Shown: positions 12,820 to 24,680, numbered from the stretch's first letter. The stretch is 40,960 nucleotides of DNA from Octopus bimaculoides (GCF_001194135.2 NC_068987.1:21697454-21738413), one strand, 5' to 3'. Made by a program: numbers and translations. Notes: a model not told the origin generated them from the sequence alone.

Positions 12820-13190
12820 TGTTGGCACTCCGTCACTTACGACGTCGAGGGTTCCAGTTGATCCGATCAACGGAATAGCCTGCTCATGAAATTAACATGC
12901 AAGTGGCTGAGCACTCCACAGACACGTGTACCCTTATCGTAGTTCTCGGGGATATTCAGTGTGACAAGGCTGACCCTTTGAAATACAGGCCCAACAGAAA
13001 CAGGAAGTAAGAGTGAGAGAAAGTTGTGGTGAAAGAGTACGGTAGGGCTCGCCACCATCCCCTGCCGGAGCCTTGTGGAGCTTTAGGTGTTTTCAGTCAA
13101 TAAACACTCACAACGCCTGGTCTGGGAATCGAAACAGTGATCCTATGACCGCGAGTCCGCTGCCCTAACCACTGGGCCATTGCGCCTCCA
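12820..13190 (-). mobile_element. tRNA-derived SINE (family 3) with 10-bp TSD
   Basis: Head is ggaggcgcaatggcccagtggttagggcagcggactcg. tgtcagtagt lies on both sides (12810-12819, 13193-13202). Near-identical to 28532-28918. Confidence 0.9.
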
Positions 13191-15484
13191 AGTGTCAGTA
13201 GTATACAAATATCATTCTAAATTCCCCCCAAGACAATTCTGTACACAGCTCAGGGACATGGATGCACCTGATGGTGCAGTAGAAACTTGCATAAGATGGA
13301 AAACATTAATGATACTAAGGCCACCAATTTTGAGGTGAGAGGGTATTTAGTTGATTACATTGCCCCAGTATTTAACTGGTACTTCATTTCATTAACCCCA
13401 AAAAGGATGAAAGATGCAATTGACCTCAGTTAGATTTCAATTCAGAATGTAAAGACCCAGAAGAAATGCATCTCTAACATTTTTCTGATGCTTTAATGAT
13501 TCTACCAACTCACTGCCTTAAAACCCTTTAACTGCAAAATTGAATTTCAGGATTATTCCAGTTATGATTATTCCAAATATTTACCAAAAAATAGAATTGG
13601 TATTTTCTGCAAGTTATGTTGCCTCAATAAACTCGACACATCTCAACAAAAAATAGTTTCAAACATGAACTTCAACAACAACAGATAGATTGGTATATAA
13701 AACTGTATTCTGAAGTTGAAGGTAATGGTATTCTGAGTAGATATATTTCATTTCAGCAGCAAAAGGGTTATTAATATTGATAATAATAATGACTTATTTG
13801 CCACTAGGATGAAGGATGAAGAGGACAATACAAAGACAGACAATAAACATAATGTAACTTATGTGTGTTTGTGCTTTACACATTGAGCAACAGGATATAA
13901 GTATGTGCTTACATCTTTGCAAATTATAAACATAGTAAAATAGGTACTTGTCTATATGACTGATCTAGCAGTATGTATGTGTTTTCAAAAATCAATCCTT
14001 ACATTCTTATGTATATTTTTAGTTTCTTTTGTTGTTGTTATTCTTTTTTCCCTCATTATCTAATTGTGATAATGACTAATGTTTTGGGTGGGGGTAGAGA
14101 GGCTTGACTAATACCTTGATGTGTTTTATAAACACATACTTAAACACATGCACACTTACCCACACATTGTTGTATACCATACACTTAGACACTCACTCTT
14201 AAGTATCCACTTTGGACAGTTAAGATAAACACACACAAATATATCTATTTTGCACAGTTAATTACAGTAAGCATGCATGCACACATACATACAATCTTTC
14301 TGTCTGTCAGTTTCTCTCTCATTAACTTAATTGTATGACCTTTTGCACTGGATGACACAGAAATAAGTAAATAGACCTTAAAAAAAGATCTGAACACCAT
14401 TTGTAGATAGCAGAATTAGTGGATGAAATTTTTTTGTTTATGCAGCTGTGTGAGTAAGAAGCTTGTGTCTCAACCATGTGGTTTTGCTTTCAATCCCCCT
14501 GTGCAGCACCTTTGGGCAATTGTCTTTTCTACTGTAGCCCTGGGGTAATCAAAACCTTGCAAGCGGATTTGGTAGACAGAAACTGAAAGAAGACTGTTGT
14601 GTGTGTGTATATGCACCACAAAGCCTCCAAAAACTAAACATGAATATGTAAGTGTTATCCAAACGTACTTAGATTACCTATGAAGGTAACCAGACAATAC
14701 CAGTGTAAGTGATCCCAACAAACTATGCATCCACAAACACTTTCCAGCTTACAAGAATGAAGGACAACTCAGAATAACAAGACAAACATAAGACGTTCAT
14801 ATGACATTCATAATTGTGCATAACAAGTGTGTATTCTCATCATCAGCTGCCAAATGAAATCACTATGGTTTTGGCACCTGGGCAGCACCATTTAATCTGG
14901 TGGTGTCAACAGCTTTAGAAATATAAATGGGACCTGAGAATCCACAAACTTATTACAACTAGTAACAACATCAAAGTAAACGAATAGTAACTTACAGTTA
15001 CAAAATAGTACTTATAAAACAAAGAACTTTTTCAGACACACACACATACTGTTGACATTCAGACAATACAATGAACATTGAATACTAGATACTTGTTTTC
15101 CAAAAGTAAAATAAAAAGCAAAAAGGGAATTCATCATCATCATCATCATCATCGTTTAACGTCCATTTTCCATGATGGCATGGGTTAGACAGTTTGACTG
15201 AGGTCTGGAGAGCCAGCAGCTGCACTAGGCTTTTGTACCCGACTATCAAAGAAAGAAAGAAAAAAAATGGGCCGAGAAGAATTTGAATTCAGAATATATA
15301 GGGATAGAACCACAATCATCATCATTTTAACAACCACTTTTCCATAATAGCAAAGGTCTGGCAGAATTTGTTGAAGCAGGTTTTCTATGACTACACATGT
15401 TTTTCACAGAAGACAAAATCACTTATACACTTGTGTACAACTGTAAGGTGATGTCAAGACAAGGTTACACATAAACAGACACAC

Positions 15485-15522
<38 letters not shown>

Positions 15523-17367
15523 TTAGTTAATTGTTTTAGTTATAAATGTCTATATGTGTATTCAACATCTGAACGTGATCGATGCCAGGCCCACCTGACT
15601 GGCTCGTGTGCCAGTGGCACATAAAAGCACCCACTACAATCTCGGAGTGGTTGGCATTATGAAGGGCATCCAGCTGTAAAAACTCTGCCAGATCATATTG
15701 GGGCGATAGGAGATGCAAAGTGAACTTCTTGACCCATTGCCTTTCCAAAGCATCTTCATATATTTACCCTAAACATCCATGCTTGTTTTCAGACTTTTAG
15801 TTAGCCCTTATTTCAAGTGTTCTGCTTAATATAAAGCTTTCTTTTCATTTTTCCTAAATTACTCTGTTTGAAAAGAATTGGGAATGTGTAGCATATATGA
15901 TGCAATGGAGGCCAGAGAAATATGTCCTGTGTATTACATGCGATACTCAGGACAAGCAAAGAATTAACCACATAGCAATACCTGCACCTAAAATTTAATA
16001 AATTTAGTAAATTGATATCTGTCCAACACCATAATGAAGTTAGAAGAATTATATAACTGCAAATTCTATTTTGTTTTATCAATAAAGATGAAGGAGAGGC
16101 ATGGGGCAAATATCTCTCCAATATTTTTTGTCAAGGGTAGTTAGGTAGAGTGGGTGTATTTGTCATTTTAAGAATCACTGTGTCTGCAGTTAATTCCATT
16201 CTGTTTTGGACATGTTTCCTTTAGAGTGTGTTCTGGCACCTTGTCATAACTGTATTTACCTCTTTGAGTCCCTCTTCAGCCTTTCCCATCCACTCCATGA
16301 AAAATACAAAGTAACCATGAACCTCTTTCATAAATAGTAAACCTGTTTCTGCTACTGCCATCATACTTCAGCCTTTCAACTCCTTGCTGGAAGCACCTGT
16401 CCTTTCTCTTATCCCCCACCTCATTCAAGGATATTTCCAGTCTTGTAAGCTGCAAGGTAACCGCATTAGTGTTGGTACAATGAAAATAGCACCCAGTACA
16501 CTCTGTAAAGTGGTTGGCATTAGGAAGGGTATCCACTTGTAGAAATCATGCCAAAATGAGACCCTGGAACAAGATATGGTCCTCTGATTTGTTGGATCTT
16601 GTCAAAACATCCAACCTATGCTGGCAAAGAAAACAGATAGAGAAGGAGGTTGCTGATGCCCCAGCATGGCTTCAGTCTTGATTCAGTCACTGAATATATG
16701 CAATTAGGCATGACTGTGTGGTTAAGAAGGTCATTTCAAACCAGTTCTAACCTTAGGTAAAACAACAGAATTCACTATGACATCAAATCAACCATGTGTG
16801 CTATACTGTCCCCACATGTAGGACTTTGCTGCTGCTAGAAACACAGACCATTCAGAATTGCAGTCAGAGAAGGATCACTTGACTGATTGACCTGCAATCA
16901 CTATCATGCTCCACCTTTGGCCCTGAAGGGTGCTGTCTCCTCTCTCAGTCTTTTGTATTGCTTTTATTATGACCTCTATTAAGGTAGCAAGCTAGCAGAA
17001 TTGGCATGCTGGGCAAAATGCTTTGCAGAATTTTGTTCATCCTTTAGAGGTGGATAAAATAAGTACCAGTTGAGTACTACAGTCAATGTAATCAACTAGT
17101 CCCCTTCCCCCAAATTCCAGGCCTCATGCCTATAGTAGAAAAGATTATCATGGCTTCTATTCCTTGGGACTGGCTGGTTTCATAACTTTCTGACACAGGT
17201 ACCTTTGACCCACTTATCTTTCCACCCTTGTTGCTTCCAACCCACACATTAACTATGTCCAGTCTTTCCTTCTTTGAACATCATCTTGCTGGTATCTCAC
17301 TGCTTGTCTTTCTTGCAGATGTTAAACCTGCAAAGCACATAAGTCCTGCCCCTTCTTCCAGATACAG

Positions 17368-17438
<71 letters not shown>

Positions 17439-17442
<4 letters not shown>

Positions 17443-17735
17443 GAGAGAGAGAGAGGGTGCAATGGGTAAATTGTTGCCATTTTTTATTTTGTGCATGCAC
17501 ATTGTTTTTGATTTTGTTGACAACACAGTATTGTAGGGTCTGTTGGGCACCATCTGTGAGATAAACAGCACCATGACACAATTCACTTTTCTAGAAATTT
17601 GGAAATGTCATGTTGTACTGTTTGGCATTCATGCCGGAAGCTCCAATACAAACATTTCAGAGTGTTTGGGTGTCAATCTGGGGATAGTGCAGAAGATTTG
17701 AGAGTTGGATAAGTTGAATGGTGATTATGAAGGTT
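17439..17735 (+). mobile_element. Tc1/mariner-superfamily 5' fragment (transposase N-terminal HTH remnant)
   Basis: Translation VVLFGIHAGSSNTNISECLGVNLGIVQKI*ELDKLNGDYE is HTH-like. A putative CAGGGTG-type end follows TA and is interrupted by (AG)n. Family assignment is from recall. Confidence 0.5.
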
Positions 17736-18090
17736 TATTCACTGCACCCTGGATAATATATATAAAACTACAGAGAACCTGTTTGTAATTACTTGACTTT
17801 CCAGAAATAGCAGGCAAATTTCCCTCTAATCACATCCTGCCATCTTGACAACTGAAGGACACTATAAATAGTCATGGCTGGAACAGTTTTGATCATGTCT
17901 TTATCAAAGCTTACTTCGGTTTAATAATAAATTATAGTTGTAATAGGTACTAGTAATACACTGGTATCATAAGTGCAGCCAATTATATATTTATTCTTGC
18001 AAAAAAAAAAAAATAGAAAGAAAAAGAAACAAACCTTGTACATAGTTAAAAATAATCATTAAACAATTTAAAAATATTTTATATTTGCAG

Positions 18091-18133
18091 ATTTTTTGCC
18101 AATGAAGTGTGATGCTTGTTCTCAAGTATTTTG
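18091..18133 (+). CDS. ZFAND2B: ZFAND2 coding exon (43 nt): (D)FLPMKCDACSQVF(C)
   Basis: ttgcag|AT TTT TTG CCA ATG AAG TGT GAT GCT TGT TCT CAA GTA TTT TG|gtgagt. Contains the DFLPxKCDAC motif of AN1 finger 1. Confidence 0.93.
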
Positions 18134-19162
18134 GTGAGTATGAATTAAAAATACCCTTTCAATGATGGTTGTCTTGGGGTGACATGACAGCTTAATCCCC
18201 TTCTCATTCATGTTTTTTTTTTAACTCTCATTTTCTGCAAGTCATCAATATGTATGCATGTAGACTGCTGCTGTGAGGATTTCAATTTAGTTCAGGTTTC
18301 TAATTTAGACAGTCGAAGCTGTTGGGTCGCTTCGTTGGGCTTATTTAGTACGACCATATTGTTGACGTCGGACACGAGATTAGATTTCTGTAGGCTATCT
18401 TACAACTTTTTCATCGTCGTCTTCTGTACACACACAAATATGAAATTACTCTTCATTAACCTAAACATTCTTTCATTTTGCGTGATCTCTAAATGTTTAA
18501 TTGTTCTGTGAACACTATCTATTGCGAGTGGTCTTTTGACATTGGCAGGATCCCAACGTTATAGAAGTCACACAGTGCTTTCGCCGATTCTCTCCTCCAC
18601 CATTACCGCCTTACACAACTTTACTAACGCATTTGCTGTTATTTAGCCAGCTTTGATCGAGCAGAACTAGACCTATGATGAAAGACTCTCCAGGCAGACC
18701 CATGTCGTCCTTAGTAAAAAGAATCAAACTCAAACAGGAGCGTTTCTTTAATATATTTTTCAAAAGACAAACCCTTTCTCATTAGCACACACACGTGCGC
18801 GCGCGCGCAACGTAAATATATATACATACACATACACACGCGCGCGCGTGTAACTTACACAAGCATTCAAACAGAATTATCTCCCATTAGGTCAACGTCC
18901 GGACCAATTCTCAAACAAAGTACTGGTAATAGACATGCAGCTTATATATATAGATATGTGGCTCTAGCATGGCCGCGGTCCAATAATTAAAACCAGTAAA
19001 ACAAAATATATTTGTGTGTAGCTTAATTACATTTTGGTGCCCTTCCCTTGATCTTGTTTCTTCATAGTTTTCTGAAAAATGCATATTTGTTTTAAAATTT
19101 TGTAGATAACTTTTTTTAAGTGTAGATTATGATTGTGTTGATATACTTTAATGTGTGTGTAT

Positions 19163-19190
<28 letters not shown>

Positions 19191-19196
<6 letters not shown>

Positions 19197-19411
19197 AGGG
19201 CATTATTACAGAAAATAATCACGCCACACAGTGGACTTCTTAAAATAACCACATTTAGTACCTAATGCGAGGAAAAACAACCAACAGAAGACGACCAAGA
19301 AAGTTGGTCGTCTTCTGTTGGTTGTTTTTCCTCGCATTAGGTACTAAATGTGGTTATTTTGAGAAGTCCACTGTGTGGCGTGATTATTTTCTGTAATAAT
19401 GCCCTTTATAT
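19191..19411. repeat. Near-perfect inverted repeat: 108-bp arms, 5-nt loop (gaaag), one mismatch
   Basis: Position p pairs with 38602-p. The only non-Watson-Crick pair is T19241/G19361. The right arm runs into the N gap. Confidence 0.95.
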
Positions 19412-19552
19412 NNNNNNNNNNNNNNNNNNNNNNNNNNNNNNNNNNNNNNNNNNNNNNNNNNNNNNNNNNNNNNNNNNNNNNNNNNNNNNNNNNNNNNNNN
19501 NNNNNNNNNNNNNNNNNNNNNNNNNNNNNNNNNNNNNNNNNNNNNNNNNNNN

Positions 19553-19586
<34 letters not shown>

Positions 19587-20000
19587 CACACACACACTTT
19601 TAGAGCTATTTTAGATCGTTTTACTTCCATCGCGCCACGAATTTTTCACTATGTTCGTACCTTCAGCATCTTCACTTTTCTTTTCCAGATTTGTTTGGAA
19701 TTTAAGTTGAGACATTACGTAATCTACACTGCCGAAAAGGCATTTCTATAAAATGTCATTGAAAAAATATGTATTTTAAGAGACTTTTAAACAAAGTCAG
19801 GGACATATGGGGAAGAATAAAACGAAATTTCTTTAAAAAAAAAATGTTATGTTCTTAGCAAAATCATAATCTACACTCTCGAATACGTATCTCTACATAA
19901 TTTGGGGTGTGCGTGCTCGCGCGCACGCGTGTGTGTGAGACATTTCTTACGAGTTAGTTAACTTGGGATCCTTTGACAACAATGTAACTTTCATTTATCT

Positions 20001-20100
20001 AAAATATCTTCGGCCTGATGAGTAGCCAGTGGAGTACCCCTCGTTGAGTAATTATTACTTCCGAGGTCCTGCTAACTAGGAAACATATGTAGCCTGGATT
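20001..20100 (+). ncRNA. Type I hammerhead-ribozyme-like motif (putative; non-canonical 10.1/11.1 pair)
   Basis: ggc-CTGATGA-G(stem II)...G-GAAA-C-ATAT-GT-A-gcc. Stem I is ggc/gcc, stem III is the palindrome ACATATGT, and the triplet is GUA. Confidence 0.5.
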
Positions 20101-20382
20101 TTGCATGCTTCATTCCGTCTATTTGGATTTTTTTTTTATGCATCCCTAGCAACCCTAGATGCTAATTGTGAAATATAAAATAACCCTTTTGCAGTTTACC
20201 TAACTTCGATATGGGGAAAACCTACAACCTTCTGTGCCCCAGAATTATTATTGCTCCCGAAAATTGTTTTTTATACCTACTACGGACTGGGACATGCTCG
20301 AAGCTAACTAACTCCCAACACCTGAGCACTAGGATCTTAAAATCAATCACATACGCACGCACGCACATACACACACACACAG

Positions 20383-20413
<31 letters not shown>

Positions 20414-21149
20414 ATGCCCCAGCGTGACCTCTGGTTAATTGTTGAAACCAGAAAGATTCCATGAATGTATTTTCTAATGAACCAGTTTCTTTTAATAAAC
20501 AAGTTTGTTGTCAGTAGTTTGCTTATGTGGTGAAGGACGATGCTATCTACAGTTGCTGTTTTTTTTTTTTTTCCTGTTAAGTCTATTTATAGATGGCCTT
20601 CAGTGGTGATTTGTCCATTTTAACTGGTCAAATACTGGGCTGCAACACTCATTCTAGATTATGAGTAAGTGAGGAACTCCATGTGAACACACAACATACT
20701 AGAAATAGCAGCCAACTTTCCTTCATCACATTGTCTGAAAAATGTGATGTTTGCTAAACATAGTCCTAGATGCAAATATATCTGAAGGTATAGGAAGGTA
20801 TGATCACTGGTAGAATGCCTTTGAGTTGGATTAAGGCTGACTTGGGGTTAAACATCGCTTTATCATAATAATGAGATTATTCCAGGGTAGATGAAGCTCT
20901 CCCTCCCTGAAAAACAATTCACTTACAAGAAGGCCATTTCATTGTAAGACAGTCCAACTGCCTCAGCCTACAAATCCACTGTGCTCAGACCTCCAAGTTT
21001 AAAGAATGGGATTGGATTGTGTTGATTGACTTTCATTTTAAAACTAACTGCAGGCAGGAGAAAAAAAAACTCTGCGGTGTCAAAGATCATTTGCTTGTCC
21101 TTGTGATTTTTGACCATGAAAAACTACAGTCATCATTGAGCTTATTATA

Positions 21150-22046
21150 TGAGGTGGTATCAGAAAGTTCCTGGACTAGTTCTGTAAAACATCAACACAT
21201 TGCAGTACATGGTTGTGTGTACAGTGAGAGCTAGCAGTGACCTTCATGAGGCAGTGTGCCAAGTGACATTGCTGTGTTTACTTCTCAATTTGTGAAATTT
21301 GTGTTTTTGTGATCACATGTATGCTGTAGTTTGTAGAAGTTGGAACAAAGAGCCAACATGAAATTTTGTGTTAAACTTGGGAAGTCTGCTATAGAGACAT
21401 TGCACATGCTTTAACAAGCTTATAACAATGAAGCAATGTGTCATACGCAATGTTTTGAGTGGCACAGGCACTTCAAAAGCAGAACAATGTTTCTGGAAGA
21501 TCTGCCACAAGCGTCACCCTTGGAAATGTGGAGAAACTTCATCAGCTCGTGCATTGAGAATTCTTCCTCTAGGGCCAGATTGTCAATCAATAGTTCTACT
21601 GCGACATTTTGAAGTGTTTGAGGGTGGACATTTGGTGAAAGCCACTGAATCTGTAGGGTATGAAGTATTAGATTCTTCAAAAGGACAATGCAGTCTGTCA
21701 TTGAGCTCTCCTCGCTTGTGAGTTTCTCACCAAAAACTAAATGGTATCACTACCACACCTGCCCTATTTGCCAGATTTAGCACTTGCAGACTTCCATCTC
21801 TTCTCCAAGATGAAAATGCAGCTCAAAGGTCTCTGTTCTAACACCATTGTTGAGATCCAGAATGAATTGCAGAAGGTCCTCGACTTGCTTACGGAAAATA
21901 ACTTCCAGATTCCAAAAGTGGCTGGAACACTGGATCCAGTGTATTGTTGTGCAAGGTGACCATTTTGAAAGAGATGTTAAAACTAAGGTAAATAAGTTAT
22001 TTTTTATCAAACCTAACTAGTCTGGAAACCTTTTGATATCACCTCA
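21150..22046 (+). mobile_element. Internally deleted mariner transposon with both TIRs and TA TSD
   Basis: TIRs are tgaggtggtatcagaaagttcctggactagt and actagtctggaaaccttttgatatcacctca, with TA flanks. Remnants include EQRANMKFCVKLGKSA and HLPYLPDLALADFHLF (YSPDLAP motif). Confidence 0.92.
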
Positions 22047-23443
22047 TATATAGTGCTCAGGTGCATTACAACTAGTCTGAAAGTGGTAAAAGAGAAGATA
22101 GAAAGCATCAATAAATCAGAAGAAAGATAGCAGCGAGAACCAAAAATGCATGTAAAATATACAGGATAAAATACATACCTGAAATAAAATTTTAAAAAAA
22201 TAACAGGAAAGTGAATAGTAAAAGAACTATAAGGATGAAAGGATACATAGACATGCCATGAGTAGTGTTGGCAAATTTAAGTAAGTATGGAACTTTTGAA
22301 GAATACAGTGTCTCAACAGGTAACAACTGGTGAGAGTAGTTTTTTCTATGTCTAGACAATTATAAGTCTGGAAAAGTGGTAGTGAAAGTCTTAAGTGCTG
22401 CATTGTTTTTGGCTTTATGATCATATCTGTAGGCAATATTGAAATATTAAATTCTGAAATAAGGTGGCCAAATTTGTTGTTGGGAAGATGGATAATTTTG
22501 TGAGTTTCTACAAAAAGAAATGGAATGATCTTTACAATGGCTTCAGCTGATAGTTGAATCTCTCCTACACATGATAGCAGCTGCTCTACATAACTTCATG
22601 AGGCAGCAGTAGTTGGACACTGGACAGGTGTATTAGGTACAAGGCCAGCAGTTTTGAAGGGCAAGCTTAATTGATACCATCAGCTCCATTATTTGGCTGC
22701 TACTTCATTTTATTGATCTTGGAGGCATGAAAGGCAAAGCTGTGCTCAGTGAATACAAAGAGCTCATGGAAATTCCATGAATATTTTGAAATTGTATTTC
22801 ATTTGAAACACTGAGCTACACTTTCAATATTACCTCATAGGTAGTTTTGAAAGTGCAGTCATATTAGACGTCTCAAAGCTTTATTCTTTGTTACACATAT
22901 ATTACCTCTTCAATCTTGAGAGTTGTCATCCATTATATTTCATTTTACACCAAGAAGTAAATAGTCATAACTATGGAATGAAATTATTATTCTCCTACTG
23001 TATGACTACATTGGTAAAGCTTTAACAAATCTTAAACTTTTTGAACCTACTGTCCCAGTAGATTTAATAGCTGCACTCTTGAAATGTAAATTCTAAAAAA
23101 CATATCAGTAATAAGTGCAGGCATAGCTATATAATTAAAAAATTCACTTGGGCCAACTGCATAACATCATGAGTGTTTTATATCTTAGTCGTGAAATTTC
23201 TTTTCATTACTGTATACCATACAGTAATGATAAATAACAATGATAATAATTGTTTCTGACTGTTGTAAGGTCTGAAAAAATTTGGAGAAGTGGTAGGTTG
23301 GTCAATTAAATTGGCTACAATGCTTAAATGGTACTTTATTTTATCAACCCCCTGAGGGCTGAAATGCAAAGTTGACTGTAACGATAATAAACTGTCATTT
23401 TACATAGTTAAATATTTGATATTCTTTCTGTTCTCTTTTCTAG

Positions 23444-23495
23444 CCGTGATCATATTCAGTATGCAACACACAAATGTCCAGAATCATACAAAAAG
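23444..23495 (+). CDS. ZFAND2B: ZFAND2 coding exon (52 nt): (C)RDHIQYATHKCPESYKK
   Basis: ttttctag|C CGT GAT CAT...AAA AAG|gtaac. Completes the C-x2-H...H-x-C of AN1 finger 1; phase matches both neighbours. Confidence 0.95.
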
Positions 23496-23969
23496 GTAAC
23501 TAATTCAAAATATTTTTGTGTGATTATTATTGTTGTTGTTAGTGGTGGTAGTGAGTATATGTATTTATTTCATATTTGTAATTGCTGTATCATACAGTTC
23601 AAGTTAGTTTGGAAGCATAAATATTAAAACAGCAGAGAGTTGTTTTAGACTGCTGTCATATCACACAAGCTATATAATAAGTACCAGATCATATGATAGT
23701 GTTAACTGTGATAGACTAGTGTCATATCTCAGGAGAGTTATGAGAGGTAGTAAATCATTTGATAATGTTAACTTTGATAGACAGGTAATTTGTCTTGGGA
23801 ATGATATCATCTGGTATTGTTAACTATGATAGAAAACATGTCATATCTAGGAGTTGATAAATTTTAAAGTTCCCAGATCAGATGCCATTTCCCTTTGTAT
23901 TTTCATTTTCATTTATTTATCTCTGCAGTTTCCTCTTCATCTTTCCTCACATATTCTTGTATTTTGCAG

Positions 23970-24101
23970 GACAACCAAGTTCCAGTCTGTCCCTTATGCA
24001 ATACGCCAATTGGCTTAAAGAAAGGAGAACTTCCAGATGTTGTGATTGGCCATCATATAGACAATGATTGTCAGTCAGATCCTGCCAGACAACGCCGAAA
24101 G
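23970..24101 (+). CDS. ZFAND2B: ZFAND2 coding exon (132 nt): DNQVPVCPLCNTPI...DNDCQSDPARQRRK
   Basis: ttttgcag|GAC AAC CAA...CGA AAG|gtatc. QVPVCPLC and HIDxDCxSDP motifs. Confidence 0.97.
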
Positions 24102-24648
24102 GTATCAACAACTGTTTTTTTTTTTTTTTGCTTTTGTTTATGTTTGAATATTTAATAGTTTGTGTGTTGCTATTTTTGTGTGTCGTCGGTGTGCTCGTGT
24201 TTGTGGTGTTTCTATGAAGGGGGTATGTTATTTTGATAAGGCCAGACCAAGGCTGAAACATCTATCCATAACTATTCCTCATTCCAGAAACAGGCAGGTG
24301 TCATTTTCTCCTAAACCACGTCAGTCTACCTGAAAAATTTGTACTATTTTGAAATTATCTCCCCTTCTCATACAGTGTTTTCATTTCATTTCTCTGTCTG
24401 CAAGAGAAATTTTAATAAGACTTTGTCATGTCTAGCATTTAGTGCACTTCCCTCTCTAGTCAACTTTGTTACTCAAATTCATGCCACTGGCTTCATTATT
24501 TTTCTTTAGCTCCTAATATTGGTGTTAAGAAGGGGATCCAGCCATAAAACCATGCCAAAGCAGACATTGGGGCTCAATGCAATCCTTAGACACATCAGAT
24601 CCTGTCAAACCATCCAGCCCATTCCAGTATAGAACATGGACATTAAAT

Positions 24649-24680
<32 letters not shown>

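Noticed and set aside
13130-13190. tRNA-like sequences here and at 8880-8943, 24681-24750 and 28860-28918
   Set aside because: They are SINE heads continuous with SINE bodies and TSDs, not standalone tRNA genes.
13600-13845. Strong minus-strand polypyrimidine acceptor at ~13805
   Set aside because: The tract resembles the family 2 SINE tail, and all frames stop soon after.
15813-15990. Minus-strand acceptor with hydrophobic readings (AGIAMWLILCLS* or CRYCYVVNSLLVLSIA...)
   Set aside because: I recognise no family and cannot choose between frames; it is compatible with chance.
18625-18715. Minus-strand open segment DDMGLPGESFIIGLVLL... with acceptor- and donor-like ends
   Set aside because: It matches a dispersed degenerate repeat also seen near 12015-12090 and 11400-11450.
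21520-21740. Apparent inversion inside the mariner (minus-strand ORF 21441-21701)
   Set aside because: The plus strand reads as normal decayed transposase (GQIVNQ*FYCDIL...KDNA); it is an internal deletion, not an inversion.
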